From the human T2T-CHM13v2.0 reference genome, Homo sapiens: a stretch of 64,000 nt of DNA. The stretch's first letter is position 1, and each line of letters opens with the position of its first letter. Positions 57,351 to 64,000 of this stretch are shown here, piece after piece. Below the pieces are notes generated by a model that was given only the letters and a program-made list of their open reading frames with translations, made no database searches and was not told the DNA's origin. The position numbers and the translations under genes were made by a program. The stretch is taken from NCBI RefSeq assembly GCF_009914755.1, contig NC_060925.1; one strand, given 5' to 3'.

Positions 57351-57668
57351 ACGGGAACAGGAAAAAAAAAACACACAATACATTTTAGAGAAGTGGCAAG
57401 ACAAAGGAAAGCAGGTTTAGGCTCCCAAAGGAGGGACCTCTGAGAAGGTAAGTGCATGGGAGTAAACTGATGGCATAAGGTTTGTAAAAGTTGTCTCCAG
57501 TAAAGAATTTATAACCTGCCTTTCGGCGGAAAGAGGGGAGCTCTTCCTCTGTTTGCTGCTTTTTAACTACCTTAGCTAAAAAATATTCAAAATTATCGTG
57601 TCAGAGAGGCATATTTGGGGGGTAACACATTCTGGTTTCTTTCATGGACTTGTATGTAGGTTGCAAGG

Positions 57669-58325
57669 GGCCGGGCATGATGCCTCATGTCTGTAATCCC
57701 AGCACTTTGGGAGGGGAGTGACCAGGTTGGCCAACAAGGCGAAAACCTGTCTCTACTAAAAATACAAAAACTAGCTGGGCACAGTGGCTCACTCCTGTAA
57801 TCCTAGCACTTTCAAAGGCCGAGGCAGGTGGATCACTTGAGGCCGGGAGTTCGAGACCAGCCTGGGCAACATGACGAAACCCTGTCTCTACTGAAAAAAA
57901 AAACAACAAAAAACCAACATGGCAAAACTCCGTCTCTACTAAAAATACAAAAATTAGCTGGGCATGGTGGCGAGCATCTGTAATTCCAGCTACTCAGGAG
58001 GCTGCGGCAGGAGAATTGCTTGAACCCGGGAGGAGGAGGTTGCAGTGAGCAAAGATCACGCCATTGCACTACAGCCTGGAGACACAGCGAGACTCCATCT
58101 CAAAAAAAACAAAACAAAACAAAACAACAACAAAAAACAAACAAAACAAAACAAAAAACCAAACCAAAATTAGCAGAATGTGATGGTGCACAGCTGTAAT
58201 CCCAGCTTCTTGGGTGGCTGAGGCACAAGAATCACTTGAACCTGGGGGGTGGAGGTTGCAGTGAGCTGAGATGCTGAGATCACGCCACTGCACTCTAGCC
58301 TGGGTGACAGAGAGAGACTCTGTCT
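57669..58325 (+). mobile_element. Nested or chimeric Alu cluster
   Basis: Repeated left-arm ends (tctactaaaaatacaaaaa) and two right arms in series. Confidence 0.85.
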
Positions 58326-59081
58326 ATCTAGAAAAAAATATTTTTAAAAGTGGGATGAAGTCGAGGCTGGGGTGCAGCTGCACCTGGGGGAAGGGACCAG
58401 AAGCAGGGGTTGCCGTTTCTTGTCTCGGCAGCCCACGTGGCAGTGGCTGCTTTCTTGTCTTGTCTGCAGACTGTTCCTCAGACTGGGAAATGTGGCCATG
58501 GCAGATTGGAAGGTACCTGCTCCAGGCCCAGCCAGCCAGGGAGACTACTGAATTCCAGGGAGAGGGACTTGTCAGATCAGCTAGGCTTGGGTCTAGCGCC
58601 TGCCCTGGCACCAATAAGAGGTGACAACTGCGGGCACAGTGCTAAGACAGTCACCAGGTGGCCTTGAGAGAGTTGTTGGAAACTGGGAGACCCTTGCTAA
58701 TGGAGAGCTGCTGGAATGAGTTTGGCAATGCAAAGCTAGGCGCACAGGTGCTGTTCCATATCCTTCCATGGACCATAGTTGCAGCTGGGTGAGCTGTCAG
58801 CTCCAGCCTCACTACAACAAGGGATATTGGCTGGGGACCCTGCCCTCAGCCCCATGGCACTCCCCTTTCTTGTGCACTCAGCTTGGTGGATTCCAACTGC
58901 AAGTACCTGCAACTCTGCCTCAGGGAACGGCCTCCACACTGGACTGATGGGAGGGAGTAGCTAGACTCCCTGGCTCCTGCCCCTGGCAGTGGGACCAAAT
59001 CTGAATTGCATCCTACATTGACTTCCAGAGCTCTCCAGGGGCACTGAGGTCCAGCTGCCCACAGCAGGGACCTGTTGATGA

Positions 59082-62835
<3,754 letters not shown>

Positions 62836-63597
62836 TCACCTGGCCATGTAATGCCCCAATGTCCGGCCCCTGTCCTCGGTCCTCTGGGTGCTCTCAGCCC
62901 CCCAGCTGCCCGCATCGCTGTCCTCAATTTCTGATTCCCTCGCCTCCTCTTCCTCCTCAGGGCTGCTTTCCCAGCAGAAGGTCAGTGTCTGAAGAGAAAC
63001 TGGGGGTCCCCCAGGGACCAGATTCGGCTCCGGTGGTAAGGTGCCCCAGGTGGCCCAGGAGGAGAGGTTATCTTCTGGGAGCTCTTCCAGGAAACCCGAG
63101 TCCTTGGAGAATTCAGGTGGTGGGAGAGATTCTTGGTGCCCATCCCCACCCGGCCCTTGGCCTGGCCCCTTCTCAGCCAAATAGCCAGAGGACCCAGCCC
63201 TGTCCCAGGAGGAGTCCACAGTGCTGGCCCAGCTTCTGTCTGAAGAATCCCAAGCAGAGGAGCCTTCGCTTGGGACCAGAGGAGCCCTGGGCCTCCCTGA
63301 GTCCACCCCACCAGCCTCCGAGTGCCCTGGAGCCTGGTGCTCTTGCCCCAGGAAAGAAGGTGGTTCAATGTAGGGCTGGAAGCTGACGCCATCTTCTGTG
63401 TCCTCCTCATCCTCCTCCTCTTCGTCCTCTGCAAGGTCCTTCTTCCATCTTGTCTGTTGGGTGGCTGGGGCCCTGACTCGAGGCGTCGGCCTGACCCCTC
63501 TGGTCAGTTCCTTTTGGGGACAGAGGAACAAGTCATTCACGGACTCTGGTCTGCTGGGCTGAAAGGTTGCCACAGGGTGTGTGTGTCCAGAAAAGTC
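62836..63597 (-). CDS. IFNLR1: Interferon-lambda receptor 1 (IL28RA) last exon, cytoplasmic domain (D268-R520); upstream exons lie beyond the right edge
   Basis: aaatcag|GAC TTT TCT GGA; 762 nt; DFSGHTHPVATFQPSRPES...acidic tracts...Y343...RTLGHYMAR*. Confidence 0.97.
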   Translation of the reverse strand, partial: DFSGHTHPVATFQPSRPESVNDLFLCPQKELTRGVRPTPRVRAPATQQTRWKKDLAEDEEEEDEEDTEDGVSFQPYIEPPSFLGQEHQAPGHSEAGGVDSGRPRAPLVPSEGSSAWDSSDRSWASTVDSSWDRAGSSGYLAEKGPGQGPGGDGHQESLPPPEFSKDSGFLEELPEDNLSSWATWGTLPPEPNLVPGGPPVSLQTLTFCWESSPEEEEEARESEIEDSDAGSWGAESTQRTEDRGRTLGHYMAR

Positions 63598-64000
63598 CTG
63601 ATTTGGGTAGGGGAGAGAAAAGCAGAAAATTTAGGCTTTCCTGAAGCATAATTATCGTCATCTGAATTCCCCTAGAAACAGACCTCAGACAAGGCTTCAA
63701 GTGTAAGCAGTTTCTTTGGGAGATGATCCCAGAACACACCAGATGGGACTGGGGGAGCAGCCAGGAAGCAGGGTGTTATCAAGCAGCTGACCACTAGGGC
63801 TACTGGCACTTAATCCTGCTGGCAACTCAGGGAGCCACTGGGCACACGCACCTCAGAACCATCCCAGGAGGGGGACGCTCCTGGGCTATTTACCCACAGT
63901 CATTGTTGAGGAATGGAAGAGCTGGTGGCTGTGACACTTGCAGCCTGCCACATGCAGGGGCAGTGTGGGCTCCAGAGGCCAGAGAAAGCCCATTGGGTGC

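Overview
Human (primate) genomic DNA, not prokaryotic. It is Alu/MIR/L1/LTR-rich and matches the 1p36.11 MYOM3-IL22RA1-IFNLR1 locus. Three genes lie head-to-tail on the minus strand. (1) The 5' part of MYOM3 (myomesin-3): a non-coding exon 1 at ~17741-17845 and eight coding exons between 566 and 14349; the gene continues off the left edge. (2) The complete IL22RA1 gene: 7 coding exons, 1725 nt, 574 aa, here encoding Gly518, with its poly(A) signal inside a MIR. (3) The last exon and 3' UTR of IFNLR1/IL28RA. Coding-exon boundaries were read from GT/AG sites and checked for frame continuity. Nearly all of the supplied ORF track is spurious. I found no clearly new biological system. The most unusual structures are a 65-bp inverted repeat with a nested third copy in IL22RA1 intron 4, an Alu with a templated insertion and a perfect 25-bp palindrome, a 13-aa-periodic tyrosine array in IL22RA1, an orphan insert flanked by direct repeats, and several enhancer-like motif clusters. 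Repeat subfamily names and protein identities come from my recall of the sequences, not from a database search.
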